The notes beneath the pieces were generated by a model. The model searched no databases, was not told the origin of the DNA, and saw nothing but the letters and a program-made list of their open reading frames with translations. A DNA stretch of 50,907 nt, taken from the NCBI GenBank assembly GCA_039714075.1, contig JBDLKA010000017.1, forward strand, positions 1 through 50,907, in the 5' to 3' direction. This document shows, piece by piece, positions 28,645 through 37,414 of this stretch; positions within the stretch are counted from its first letter, which is position 1, and the number at the start of each line of letters is the position of its first letter. Made by a program: the position numbers and the translations under genes. This DNA is from Candidatus Krumholzibacteriota bacterium. Its GTDB lineage: Bacteria; Krumholzibacteriota; Krumholzibacteriia; LZORAL124-64-63.

Positions 28645-30297
28645 ATGCAGCTGATCGACCAGCACACCAAGGCCATCATGGAGGGATGCAAGGAGCGCGC
28701 CCGCGACGCCGGGTTGCGTTTCGACGACGAATCCCTCGAGTACGTGGTGACCAACCGCGACCTGCTGGAGCTGTCGCCCAAGATCATGATCCCCACCATG
28801 TACGACTACTGGGTGCACGACGTCGAGGTGCTGCAGGGCAAGGGCCGGTACGAACTGTACCCCAGCAACCCCTTCGAGACGGTGATCAACACGCGGCCGG
28901 CGATCAGCTTCTACAACGACAACAATCCCGACTGGCTGAACGTGATGATCTTCTATCACGTTTTGGGTCACATCGACTTCTTCCAGAACAACCTGTTCTA
29001 CAAACACACCTGGGACGACGACTTCGCCGGCCTGGCCCTGGCCGACAAGCGCGCCATCGCCAAGCTGCGCAGCGAAAAGGGCCGCTGGGTCGACTACGTC
29101 ATCGAGTTCGCGCGCTCCATCGACAACATGGTGGATTTCCACGGGGTTCTCGCGGACCAGCACCGTCCCGACACGGACGGCCGTTCGCGAAAACTGGACT
29201 ACTACTTCGACGTGTTCCTGCAGGACGAAAAAAAGGTGCGCGTGAACGAATACGTGAAGGAGATCGAGCGCTACAACAAGGTCGTCAAGAAGCACGGCGC
29301 CGAGGGCGAGGACGAGTTCTTCAAGCGGGTCCACCGGTTGCATCCCGAATTCGAGGCGATGTTCGAGAAGGCCAATGGTTTCGACCGCGAGAACCGGCGT
29401 GACCTGCTGTTGTTCCTGCTGGACCACTCCGAGTTCCTGAACCGCGAGGAAAACCGCTGGATGAAGACCGTCCTGCAGATCGTCCGCAAGACCTCGCTGT
29501 ACTTCCAGCCCCAGATCCGCACCAAGATCATGAACGAGGGCTGGGCCAGCTACTGGCACGAAACGCTGTTCATGCGCGACGACCGCATCGCCGGCCACGA
29601 GGTGGATTTCGCCCGGGTCAACGCCCATGTCACCTCCATGCCGCGGGTCGGCCTGAATCCCTACGCCCTGGGCATGCGGCTGTTCTACTTCATCGAGGAA
29701 GCGGCCGACAAGGGGCGCTACAGCCAGGAGTTCCTGGCCCTGCTCGACGCCGACCAGAGGCGCAAATTCGATAAGGGAACCGGCACCGGACAGGACTACA
29801 TCTTCCAGGTGCGCGAAAACATGAACGACTTCCTGTTCGTCAACACCTTCATCGAGCAGGACTTCGTCACCCGCAACAAGCTGTTCGTCGCCGACAAGGT
29901 GCTCGACGAGCAGCGCATGGTCTGGCAGTGGTACGTCAAGAGCCGCAACGCCGGCGAATACAAGGAGATGGTCAAGGAGTCGCTGTACCATCCGCCGCAC
30001 ATCACCATCGACCTCGAAAACACGAGCGAGGACAACCTCCGGCTCAACCACACGTTCGAGGACAAGCCGCTGGTCCGGGAGTTCATCAACAACACCATGC
30101 TCGGCCTGGAATTCCTGTGGGGCGGCAAGGTGACCCTGGAGACCACCGAGGTCAAATCGATCAAGAAGCCCGACCAGCAGCCCACCCTGCCGGGCATGGG
30201 CACGCCGGTCGATGAAGAGGAAACCCGGGCCAAGGTCGAGTGGCAGAGGGTCCGCTACACAATGAAGGACCGCAAAATAAGCAAGGGACTGGTCTAG
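28645..30297 (+). CDS. spoVR: SpoVR/YcgB family protein
   Basis: FETVIN, HVLGHIDFF, YFQPQIRTKIMNEGWASYWH, LNPYALG. Confidence 0.95.
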   Translation: MQLIDQHTKAIMEGCKERARDAGLRFDDESLEYVVTNRDLLELSPKIMIPTMYDYWVHDVEVLQGKGRYELYPSNPFETVINTRPAISFYNDNNPDWLNVMIFYHVLGHIDFFQNNLFYKHTWDDDFAGLALADKRAIAKLRSEKGRWVDYVIEFARSIDNMVDFHGVLADQHRPDTDGRSRKLDYYFDVFLQDEKKVRVNEYVKEIERYNKVVKKHGAEGEDEFFKRVHRLHPEFEAMFEKANGFDRENRRDLLLFLLDHSEFLNREENRWMKTVLQIVRKTSLYFQPQIRTKIMNEGWASYWHETLFMRDDRIAGHEVDFARVNAHVTSMPRVGLNPYALGMRLFYFIEEAADKGRYSQEFLALLDADQRRKFDKGTGTGQDYIFQVRENMNDFLFVNTFIEQDFVTRNKLFVADKVLDEQRMVWQWYVKSRNAGEYKEMVKESLYHPPHITIDLENTSEDNLRLNHTFEDKPLVREFINNTMLGLEFLWGGKVTLETTEVKSIKKPDQQPTLPGMGTPVDEEETRAKVEWQRVRYTMKDRKISKGLV

Positions 30298-30299
30298 GC

Positions 30300-32585
30300 A
30301 TGGAACACATCCGTAGCGCCATGCAGAACCTCGAAGAGAGCCAGCGCGGGCTGGACCGGGCGCAGACCGTCAATTTCGAGCAGTTCCTGATCGTATTGCG
30401 GGCGCGTCCGGAAACCCTGATCCGCAACGTCCACCAGGTGTTCCACGACATGGTGCAGGCCTCAGTGGGCAACGGGCAGGACGAGTATCCCGAGGATCCC
30501 GAATCGATCAACTTCGTGGCCTACGACACCAAGGAGCTGTTCGAGACCGGCACCGACAACCCGTTCTTCGCCGACCGCATCTTCGCCAACCGGCTGATGG
30601 GCATGATCGACGGTTTCCGCGGCGGCACCCAGCAGAACAAGATCTACATCTTCGACGGACCGCCGGGCTGCGGCAAATCCATCTTCCTGAACAACCTGCT
30701 GCGCAAGTTCCAGGAATACGCCAACAGCGAGGACGGCTGCCGGTACGAAACCGTCTGGCACCTGGACCGCTCGGTGCTGGGTGAATTCTCGGACCTGGAC
30801 GGCCAGCCCGTCATGGACAAGCTGGTCCAGCTGCTGGATGTTTCGGGCCGCGCGCTGTCCGAAGCCGGCGATGCGGTCCAGCCGCGGATGCGCCCCGGAT
30901 TCGTGGAAGTGCCCTGCCCCAGCCACGACAACCCGTTGCTGATGATCCCCAAGGAGCAGCGTTCCGAATTCCTGGACCACCTCTTCGCCAACGACGAGTT
31001 CAAATGGAACCTGTCCTACGGCAAGGAATACGACTGGGTGTTCAAGGACAACCCCTGCACCATCTGCACGACCCTGTATCAGGCCCTGCTGCACAAGCTG
31101 GGCGACCCGACCGAGGTCTTCAAGATGCTGCACGCCCGGCCCTACGTGATCAACCGGCGGCTGGGCGAAGGCGCCTCGGTGTTCAACCCCGGCGACCGCA
31201 GTTCGCGCCTGCAGGTTCTGACCAATCCCGAAATCCAGAAGCGCATCAGCTCCCTGTTGCAGGACAGCAACGCCGTTCGCTACGTCTTCTCGCGCTACGC
31301 CCGCACCAACAACGGGATCTACGCGCTGATGGACATCAAGGGACACAACAAGGAACGGCTGATGGAGCTGCACAACATCATCAGCGACGGCGTGCACAAG
31401 GTCGAGGAGATCGAGGAAAACGTGAACTCGCTGTTCCTGGGCGTGATGAACCCCGAGGACAACAAGAACATCCGCGGGTTCCAGTCGCTGACCGACCGCA
31501 TCGAGTTCATCAACATTTCCTACGTGCTGGACTCGGCGACCGAAGTGAAGATCTACGAGAACACCTTCGGCCGGCACATCGGCGAGAGTTTCCTGCCGCG
31601 CGTGATGGAGAACTTCGCCCGGGTCATCATCTCCAGCCGCATGAACGAGAAGTCGCCGGCCCTGCTCGACTGGATCGGCGACCCCAAGAAATACAAGATG
31701 TACTGCGACGAGAACCTGCATCTCTTGAAGATGGCCATCTTCACCGGGTTGATCCCCGCCTGGCTGGACGAAGAGGATCGCAAGAACTTCACCGCCAAGC
31801 GAAGGCGAATGATCATCGCCGAGGCCGAAACCGAGGGCAACAAGGGGTTCAGCGGACGCGACTCCATCGATATCTTCCAGGACCTCTACTCGACCTACGC
31901 CAACGAAGACCAGATGATCACCATGGACACCTTGTGCCGGTTCTTCACCAAGGCCCGGCCCGAGCTGAACAAGCAGCTGCCCAACGGATTCCTGGATTCG
32001 CTGCGCCGCATGTACAACTTCCAGATCCTGCAGGAAGTGAAGGAATCGCTCTACTACTACAACGAGGAACAGATCGCCCGCGACATCAAGAACTACCTGT
32101 TCGCCCTGAACTACGAACTGGGCACCACCGCGGTGTGCACCTACACCGGCGAACGCCTGGAAATCACCGAGACCTTCCTGGTGGGTATCGAGGACCACCT
32201 GCTCGGCCCGGATGTCCGCGAAGGCCGCCGCACCGAATTCCGCGAGGACACCCAGCGCGAATACACGTCCCAGGCCCTGACCCAGGAAATCATGGTCGAA
32301 GGCCTGGACATCGAAGACACCGAACTGTTCGCCGAGATGCACAAGCGTTACGTCTTCAACCTGAAGGACGAAGTACTCGAGCCCTTCCTGAAGAACGCCA
32401 ACTTCCGCCGCGGCCTCAAAGACTACGGCACCGACGAGTTCCGGACCTACGACAAGAAGATCCGCGACGATATCGCATATCTGCTGGGCAACCTTGTCGA
32501 TCGGTACGGCTATAATGAACAAGCCGCTCGTGAGGTCTGCATCTATGTGGTGGACAATGAGCTGGCGGAGGAGTTTGAAGAGTAG
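30300..32585 (+). CDS. prkA: PrkA/YeaG-family AAA+ protein, copy 2
   Basis: Walker A GPPGCGKS, PCPSHDNPL, DRIE, GFSGRD; C-terminus GYNEQAAREVC. Confidence 0.88.
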   Translation: MEHIRSAMQNLEESQRGLDRAQTVNFEQFLIVLRARPETLIRNVHQVFHDMVQASVGNGQDEYPEDPESINFVAYDTKELFETGTDNPFFADRIFANRLMGMIDGFRGGTQQNKIYIFDGPPGCGKSIFLNNLLRKFQEYANSEDGCRYETVWHLDRSVLGEFSDLDGQPVMDKLVQLLDVSGRALSEAGDAVQPRMRPGFVEVPCPSHDNPLLMIPKEQRSEFLDHLFANDEFKWNLSYGKEYDWVFKDNPCTICTTLYQALLHKLGDPTEVFKMLHARPYVINRRLGEGASVFNPGDRSSRLQVLTNPEIQKRISSLLQDSNAVRYVFSRYARTNNGIYALMDIKGHNKERLMELHNIISDGVHKVEEIEENVNSLFLGVMNPEDNKNIRGFQSLTDRIEFINISYVLDSATEVKIYENTFGRHIGESFLPRVMENFARVIISSRMNEKSPALLDWIGDPKKYKMYCDENLHLLKMAIFTGLIPAWLDEEDRKNFTAKRRRMIIAEAETEGNKGFSGRDSIDIFQDLYSTYANEDQMITMDTLCRFFTKARPELNKQLPNGFLDSLRRMYNFQILQEVKESLYYYNEEQIARDIKNYLFALNYELGTTAVCTYTGERLEITETFLVGIEDHLLGPDVREGRRTEFREDTQREYTSQALTQEIMVEGLDIEDTELFAEMHKRYVFNLKDEVLEPFLKNANFRRGLKDYGTDEFRTYDKKIRDDIAYLLGNLVDRYGYNEQAAREVCIYVVDNELAEEFEE

Positions 32586-32675
32586 AAGCCCTGTGGGGGG
32601 TTGATTCAGGATGTCCTCGTCGCTTCGCTCCTGCGGATTACCTGAATCAACCCCCCACAGGGCTTCTACTCTTCA
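32576..32675. repeat. Long hairpin element 1: perfect 35-bp inverted arms around a 30-nt conserved core
   Basis: Arm TGAAGAGTAGAAGCCCTGTGGGGGGTTGATTCAGG (32576-32610) is exactly complemented by 32641-32675; the left arm contains the prkA stop codon. Confidence 0.95.
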
Positions 32676-32731
32676 CGCCCCCTGCCAGATCATTTACCAG
32701 ACTTAAACCAGACCCCTAACCACAAGATAAT

Positions 32732-33202
32732 TTAGCGGTACAAGGCCTTGATTGTTCCCCAGGCTTTGTATTCCACATCGACGGACCCCGATTCGACGAT
32801 GACCAGATGGGCGATGTAGTCGGCCGGATTTATTGGGGGTTCGCCGAGGATCGGAAATGGTTCGACCCACAAAAGGGTGACCCGGTAGGGGCCCATGTCG
32901 CAGGACTGGGAAAACATCGCAGCGGTGTGCAGGACACAGTTGATCTGGATCTCGCCCGGCAGGTCCCCCACGACGGCGGCCTCGGCGTCGCCCTCCCAAG
33001 CGCAGATCGCGCCCTGGGGGCAGCGGGAATCGGACAGGATGCCGGTGAAGACGAAGTACAGGGTCTCGCCGAGCACCTCGGCGGACTGGCCGGGGCCCAG
33101 GGCGAAAGGCACGCCCAGGTTTACCGGGATCGGAGCAGCGGACAGCAGGACCGGAAGGGATAGGATTGCCAGGATAAGGGTAGGCGTGATCATTCGATTC
33201 AT
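32732..33202 (-). CDS. Secreted protein with DSRCP..C.WEG motif and C-terminal WGxxKxLYR tail
   Basis: Start MNRMITP after GGGAGG; signal peptide; DSRCPQGAICAWEG; ends SVDVEYKAWGTIKALYR. Confidence 0.8.
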   Translation of the reverse strand: MNRMITPTLILAILSLPVLLSAAPIPVNLGVPFALGPGQSAEVLGETLYFVFTGILSDSRCPQGAICAWEGDAEAAVVGDLPGEIQINCVLHTAAMFSQSCDMGPYRVTLLWVEPFPILGEPPINPADYIAHLVIVESGSVDVEYKAWGTIKALYR

Positions 33203-33324
33203 GGGCGACCTCCCTTGAAGGGTTCCTGCACATGATATCACCATTTTCAAAAACATGCCCCCCGGGGGGCATATCTGATGGAAAACATTTAATTCTTGAT
33301 GGTTACGGGTTCGAATGTTCCCCG

Positions 33325-33810
33325 TTATCCGAAAATTTTCTGCCAGTACCCCACGTCGACCCAGCGGTCGAACTTCCAGCCGACCTCCTTCAGGTGCCCC
33401 ACTTTGACAAAACCCAGCTTTTCGTGGAGCGCGACACTGGCGGGGTTGGGCAGGGCGATCCCGCCCAGGGCGCTGTGATGGCCCGCGGCGTTCACGCGGT
33501 CCAGCAGATCCCCGTACAAGCGGGTGCCGACGCCCCGGCCGGCGGCCCCGGGGTCGAGATAGATGGTGGTCTCGACCGAGTACCGGTAGGCGCAGCGGGA
33601 TTTCCACTCGCTGGCCACGGCATAACCCCACACGCGCCCCTCTTCCTCCCAGACCACCCAGGGGAACTTGGCGGAGGCGGCCTCGATCAAGGCGATCATC
33701 TCGGATTCGGGAACGGGATCGGTGCCGAAGGTCACCGCTGTATGGGCGACATAATGGTTGTAGATTCTGCAGATCGCTTCCACGTCTTGGGGCCTGGGTT
33801 CGCGGATCAT
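33325..33810 (-). CDS. GNAT N-acetyltransferase (YncA/Pat-like)
   Basis: IYNHYV...[41 protein letters not shown]; overlaps the galE stop. Confidence 0.92.
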   Translation of the reverse strand: MIREPRPQDVEAICRIYNHYVAHTAVTFGTDPVPESEMIALIEAASAKFPWVVWEEEGRVWGYAVASEWKSRCAYRYSVETTIYLDPGAAGRGVGTRLYGDLLDRVNAAGHHSALGGIALPNPASVALHEKLGFVKVGHLKEVGWKFDRWVDVGYWQKIFG

Positions 33811-34826
33811 TCCCGGAATCCCCGCGGGTTTTCCGACTGCCACTTCCAGTGGTCGGCGCACATTTCTTCGATGCCGCGCCCGGCCTGCCAGCCCAACAGG
33901 GACGCGGCCAGGGACGGGTCCGCGTAGCAGGTGGCGATATCGCCGGGCCGGCGCGGGGTGACCCGGTAGGCAATACTCCGGCCCGAGGCTTTTTCCGCGG
34001 CCGCCACCATTTCCAGGACGGAATAACCCCTTCCGGTGCCCAGGTTGATGGGAACACATCCGTCGAAGGCGTTCATTTTGCCGATGGCCGCAACGTGGCC
34101 CAGCGCCAGGTCCACCACGTGGATGTAGTCGCGCACCCCGGTGCCGTCGGGCGTGTCGTAGTCGTCGCCGAAAACACCCAGTTCATCCCGCATGCCCACG
34201 GCCACCTGCATGACGAACGGCATCAGGTTGTTGGGAATGTCCTGGGGATCTTCGCCGATGCGCCCGCTCGAATGCGCGCCGATGGGGTTGAAATACCGCA
34301 GCAACACGCACCGCCAGCGGTCGTCCGCCGTGCACACGTCGCGCATGATCTCCTCGATGAAAAGCTTGGTCCGGCCATAGGGGTTGGTCGTCGTCAGCGG
34401 AAAATCCTCGGTGATCGGCACGGTGGCCGGATCGCCGTACACCGTGGCCGAGGAACTGAACACCAGGTTGAAGCACTCGTGCTCCTGCATCACCTTCAGC
34501 AGCTCCACGGTGCCGAAAATGTTGTTTTCGTAATAGCGCAGGGGAATTTCACAACTCTCGCCGACGGCCTTGAGCCCGGCGAAGTGGATCACCGCGTCGA
34601 ACCGGTGGGCGTCAAAGACTTCCAACAGCGCCGCACGGTCACAAATATCGACCTGATGGAATTCTAGGTCCCGGCCGGTCAATTCCCGGACCCGGCGCAG
34701 GCTTTCCTCGCTGGAATTGTCCAGATTATCCACGACCACGACCTCGAAACCGGTGTTCAGCAGTTCGAGGCAGGTGTGGCTGCCGATGTAGCCGGCCCCG
34801 CCGGTCACCAGGATCTTTTGCGACAT
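33807..34826 (-). CDS. galE: UDP-glucose 4-epimerase
   Basis: [50 protein letters not shown]. Confidence 0.97.
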   Translation of the reverse strand: MSQKILVTGGAGYIGSHTCLELLNTGFEVVVVDNLDNSSEESLRRVRELTGRDLEFHQVDICDRAALLEVFDAHRFDAVIHFAGLKAVGESCEIPLRYYENNIFGTVELLKVMQEHECFNLVFSSSATVYGDPATVPITEDFPLTTTNPYGRTKLFIEEIMRDVCTADDRWRCVLLRYFNPIGAHSSGRIGEDPQDIPNNLMPFVMQVAVGMRDELGVFGDDYDTPDGTGVRDYIHVVDLALGHVAAIGKMNAFDGCVPINLGTGRGYSVLEMVAAAEKASGRSIAYRVTPRRPGDIATCYADPSLAASLLGWQAGRGIEEMCADHWKWQSENPRGFRE

Positions 34827-34921
34827 GGACGATCTCCCCGGGTTTGATTGTTCGCCTGATTCATAACCGCACGCCGTTCTTTTCGCAACTACTTCGAAAC
34901 CGGCATGTGACGTTGCGCGGA

Positions 34922-35046
34922 CCTGAGACCTTGGCAAAGAAACAGTCCTCCTCATGAAGGAAAAATCCGGGCAATCCGCAGCGAAGTGAGGACCGTCCCG
35001 GATTTTTTCTTCATGAGGAGGACTGTTTCTTTACCAAGGCCTCAGG
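34922..35046. repeat. Long hairpin element 2: 50-bp inverted arms (3 mismatches) around a 25-nt conserved core
   Basis: Arms at 34922-34971 and 34997-35046; the right arm contains the maeB stop codon; the ORF track shows MRRTVSLPR on both strands as a consequence. Confidence 0.95.
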
Positions 35047-37294
35047 CCCGCCCAACCTCATACGCCGAAAGCGCCGCCATGTTGACGATCTCCGCCACCG
35101 AGGACTGGGTCGACACCACGTTGATGGGCTGCTTGAGCCCGACCAGCAGCGGTCCGATCACTTCCCGCTCGCCCAGGTAGCCCACCAGTTTGTAGGCGAT
35201 GTTCCCGCTCTGCATGTCCGGGAAAACCAGCACGTTGGCCTGCCCCATGACCTTGCAGTCGGGCACCGACTGTTCGCATTCGCCCGGCAGGACGGCCACG
35301 TCGGCGTGCATCTCGCCGTCGACGACCAGTTCGGGATGTTCCTGATTGAGGATGCGCACCGCTTCGCGGACCTTGCGGCTCTCGGGCCGGTCGTTGTCCC
35401 CGAAGTTCGAGAACGAAAGCATCCCCACCACCGGCTCCAGGTTGAAGTGGCGCGCCACCGAGGCGGCCATCAGCGCGATCTCCGCCAGCAGGCGGCTGTC
35501 CGGATTGAAGTTCACCGTCGTGTCGGCGAAGATGTAGACCTTGTCCTCCACCAGCAGCACGTGCATGCCCACCACGCGGCTGACGCCCTGCCGCATTTCG
35601 GCCAGCGTCAGTACCCAGCGCAGCGTATCGACGTAGGAACGGTTGGCTCCGCAGACCATGCCCTCGGCCTCGCCCGAGCGCAGCATCATCACCCCGTGAT
35701 GGATGGGACGCTGCACCATGCGCCAGGCCTTCCGGTAATTGTAGCCCTTGCGCGCCCGCTCCTGGAACAGCATCTGCGCCATGGACTCGAGGTTGGGACA
35801 ACTGGCTGGGTTCTTGAGGGTCACACCCTTCAGGTTGAAGCCGATCTCTTCGGCCTTGGCCCGGATGATCTCCTCGTCGCCCAGCAGGACGGGCCGGCAA
35901 TAGCCTTCGTCCGTGGCGATGCGGCAGGCCTCCAGCACGCGGTCGTTCTCCCCTTCGGCGAAAACGATCTTCCGCGGCTGCGCCTTGGCCTTGGAGCGGA
36001 TGGTGTGCATGACCATCAGGCTCTTGTTGTGCATCCCCTCCAGGGTTTGGCGGTAGGCGTCCCAATCGGTGATGGGATCGCCGGCCACCCCGGTATCACA
36101 ACCGGCTTTCGCCACCGCCGCGGCCACGATGCCCAGCACCCGGCTGTCGAACGGCTTGGGAATGATGTACTCGGGCCCGAACTCGAACAGCTCGCCGCCG
36201 TAGGCCGCCGCCACCTCGGCGGTCACCGGCTGCCGGGCCAGTTCGGCCAGGGCGTGCGCGGCCGCGATCTTCATCTCCTCGTTGATGGCGGTGGCCTTGA
36301 TGTCCAGGGCGCCGCGGAAAATGAAGGGGAACCCCAGCACGTTGTTGACCTGGTTGGGGTAATCACTGCGGCCGGTGGCCATGATCACGTCCGCGCGGGC
36401 GTCGAGCGCGTCTTCGTAGGTGATCTCGGGATCGGGATTGGCCATGGCGAACACGATGGGCTTGTCGGCCATCGACCGGACCATGTCCTTGTTCACCAGG
36501 CCCGCCACCGAACACCCCAGGAACAGATCCGCACCTTCCATGGCGTCGGCCAAGGTCCGCTTGTCGGTCTCGTTGGCGAAATACTCCTTGTACTCGTTCA
36601 TGCCCTTGGTGCGCCCCTTGTAACAGACGCCCTTGCTGTCGGCGAGCAGGAAGTTACCCCGCGGCACGCCCATGGACTCGATGAGTTTGGCGCAGGCGAT
36701 GGCCGCGGCGCCCGCCCCCGACACCACAACCTTCATCTTCGTGATGTCCTTGCCCTGCAACTGGGCCGCGTTGATCAACCCGGCCGCCGCGATGATGGCC
36801 GTCCCATGCTGGTCGTCGTGGAACACGGGGATGTTCATGGTCTCGCGCAGTTTCTTTTCCACGACGAAACATTCGGGTGCCTTGATGTCCTCGAGGTTGA
36901 TGCCGCCCACGGTGGGTTCGAGCAGCTGGCAGAACTTGACGATCTCGTCGGGATCATCGGTATCGATCTCGATGTCGAACACGTCCACATGGCCGAACTT
37001 CTTGAACAGGACGCCCTTGCCCTCCATGACGGGCTTGCCCGCCAGGGCGCCGATGTTGCCCAGCCCCAGGACGGCGCTGCCGTTGGAAACCACCGCCACC
37101 AGGTTGCCCTTGTTGGTGTAGTTGTAGGCGTCGGCGGGATTCGCCTCGATGGCCTTGCACGGAATGGCCACGCCCGGGGAATAGGCAAGCGACAGATCAC
37201 GCGCCGTAATACAAGGTTTGGTCGGCACCACTTCGGTCTTGCCGGGTCTTCCCTGGCGGTGGTAATCCAGTGCGTCCTGATCCCTGAAAGCCAT
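35042..37294 (-). CDS. maeB: NADP-dependent malic enzyme with phosphotransacetylase-like domain
   Basis: LSLAYSPGVA, KPVMEGK, NLEDI, FHDDQHGTA, GAGAAA, GRSDYPNQVNNVLGFP; C-terminal PTA-like domain. Confidence 0.97.
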   Translation of the reverse strand: MAFRDQDALDYHRQGRPGKTEVVPTKPCITARDLSLAYSPGVAIPCKAIEANPADAYNYTNKGNLVAVVSNGSAVLGLGNIGALAGKPVMEGKGVLFKKFGHVDVFDIEIDTDDPDEIVKFCQLLEPTVGGINLEDIKAPECFVVEKKLRETMNIPVFHDDQHGTAIIAAAGLINAAQLQGKDITKMKVVVSGAGAAAIACAKLIESMGVPRGNFLLADSKGVCYKGRTKGMNEYKEYFANETDKRTLADAMEGADLFLGCSVAGLVNKDMVRSMADKPIVFAMANPDPEITYEDALDARADVIMATGRSDYPNQVNNVLGFPFIFRGALDIKATAINEEMKIAAAHALAELARQPVTAEVAAAYGGELFEFGPEYIIPKPFDSRVLGIVAAAVAKAGCDTGVAGDPITDWDAYRQTLEGMHNKSLMVMHTIRSKAKAQPRKIVFAEGENDRVLEACRIATDEGYCRPVLLGDEEIIRAKAEEIGFNLKGVTLKNPASCPNLESMAQMLFQERARKGYNYRKAWRMVQRPIHHGVMMLRSGEAEGMVCGANRSYVDTLRWVLTLAEMRQGVSRVVGMHVLLVEDKVYIFADTTVNFNPDSRLLAEIALMAASVARHFNLEPVVGMLSFSNFGDNDRPESRKVREAVRILNQEHPELVVDGEMHADVAVLPGECEQSVPDCKVMGQANVLVFPDMQSGNIAYKLVGYLGEREVIGPLLVGLKQPINVVSTQSSVAEIVNMAALSAYEVGRA

Positions 37295-37414
37295 GATATC
37301 GATCCTTTCAATTGATCCCGATTCGGAATATCCTCCACCCGTCAAAGGTCGAACAGTCGACCGTGATTGTCCAGTGGACATAAGTGCGAAACTCCATCAT
37401 TCCGGAGGGGGATT

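Noticed and set aside
27027..32522. Long minus-strand ORFs (590, 476 and 686 aa) and a 503-aa alternate-frame ORF
   Set aside because: Shadows of yeaH, spoVR and prkA; no RBS or domain evidence
32732..34057. 441-aa ORF suggesting a fusion across galE/GNAT
   Set aside because: Only the last 156 aa have an RBS, signal peptide and protein-like composition; the rest is an alternate frame
32576..35046. Hairpins interpreted as CRISPR repeats, tRNA, or ends of one composite transposon
   Set aside because: No repeat-spacer array or cloverleaf; the arms of the two elements are unrelated, the enclosed genes include housekeeping galE, and no transposase is present
35306..37315. 669-aa plus-strand ORF
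   Set aside because: Antisense to maeB
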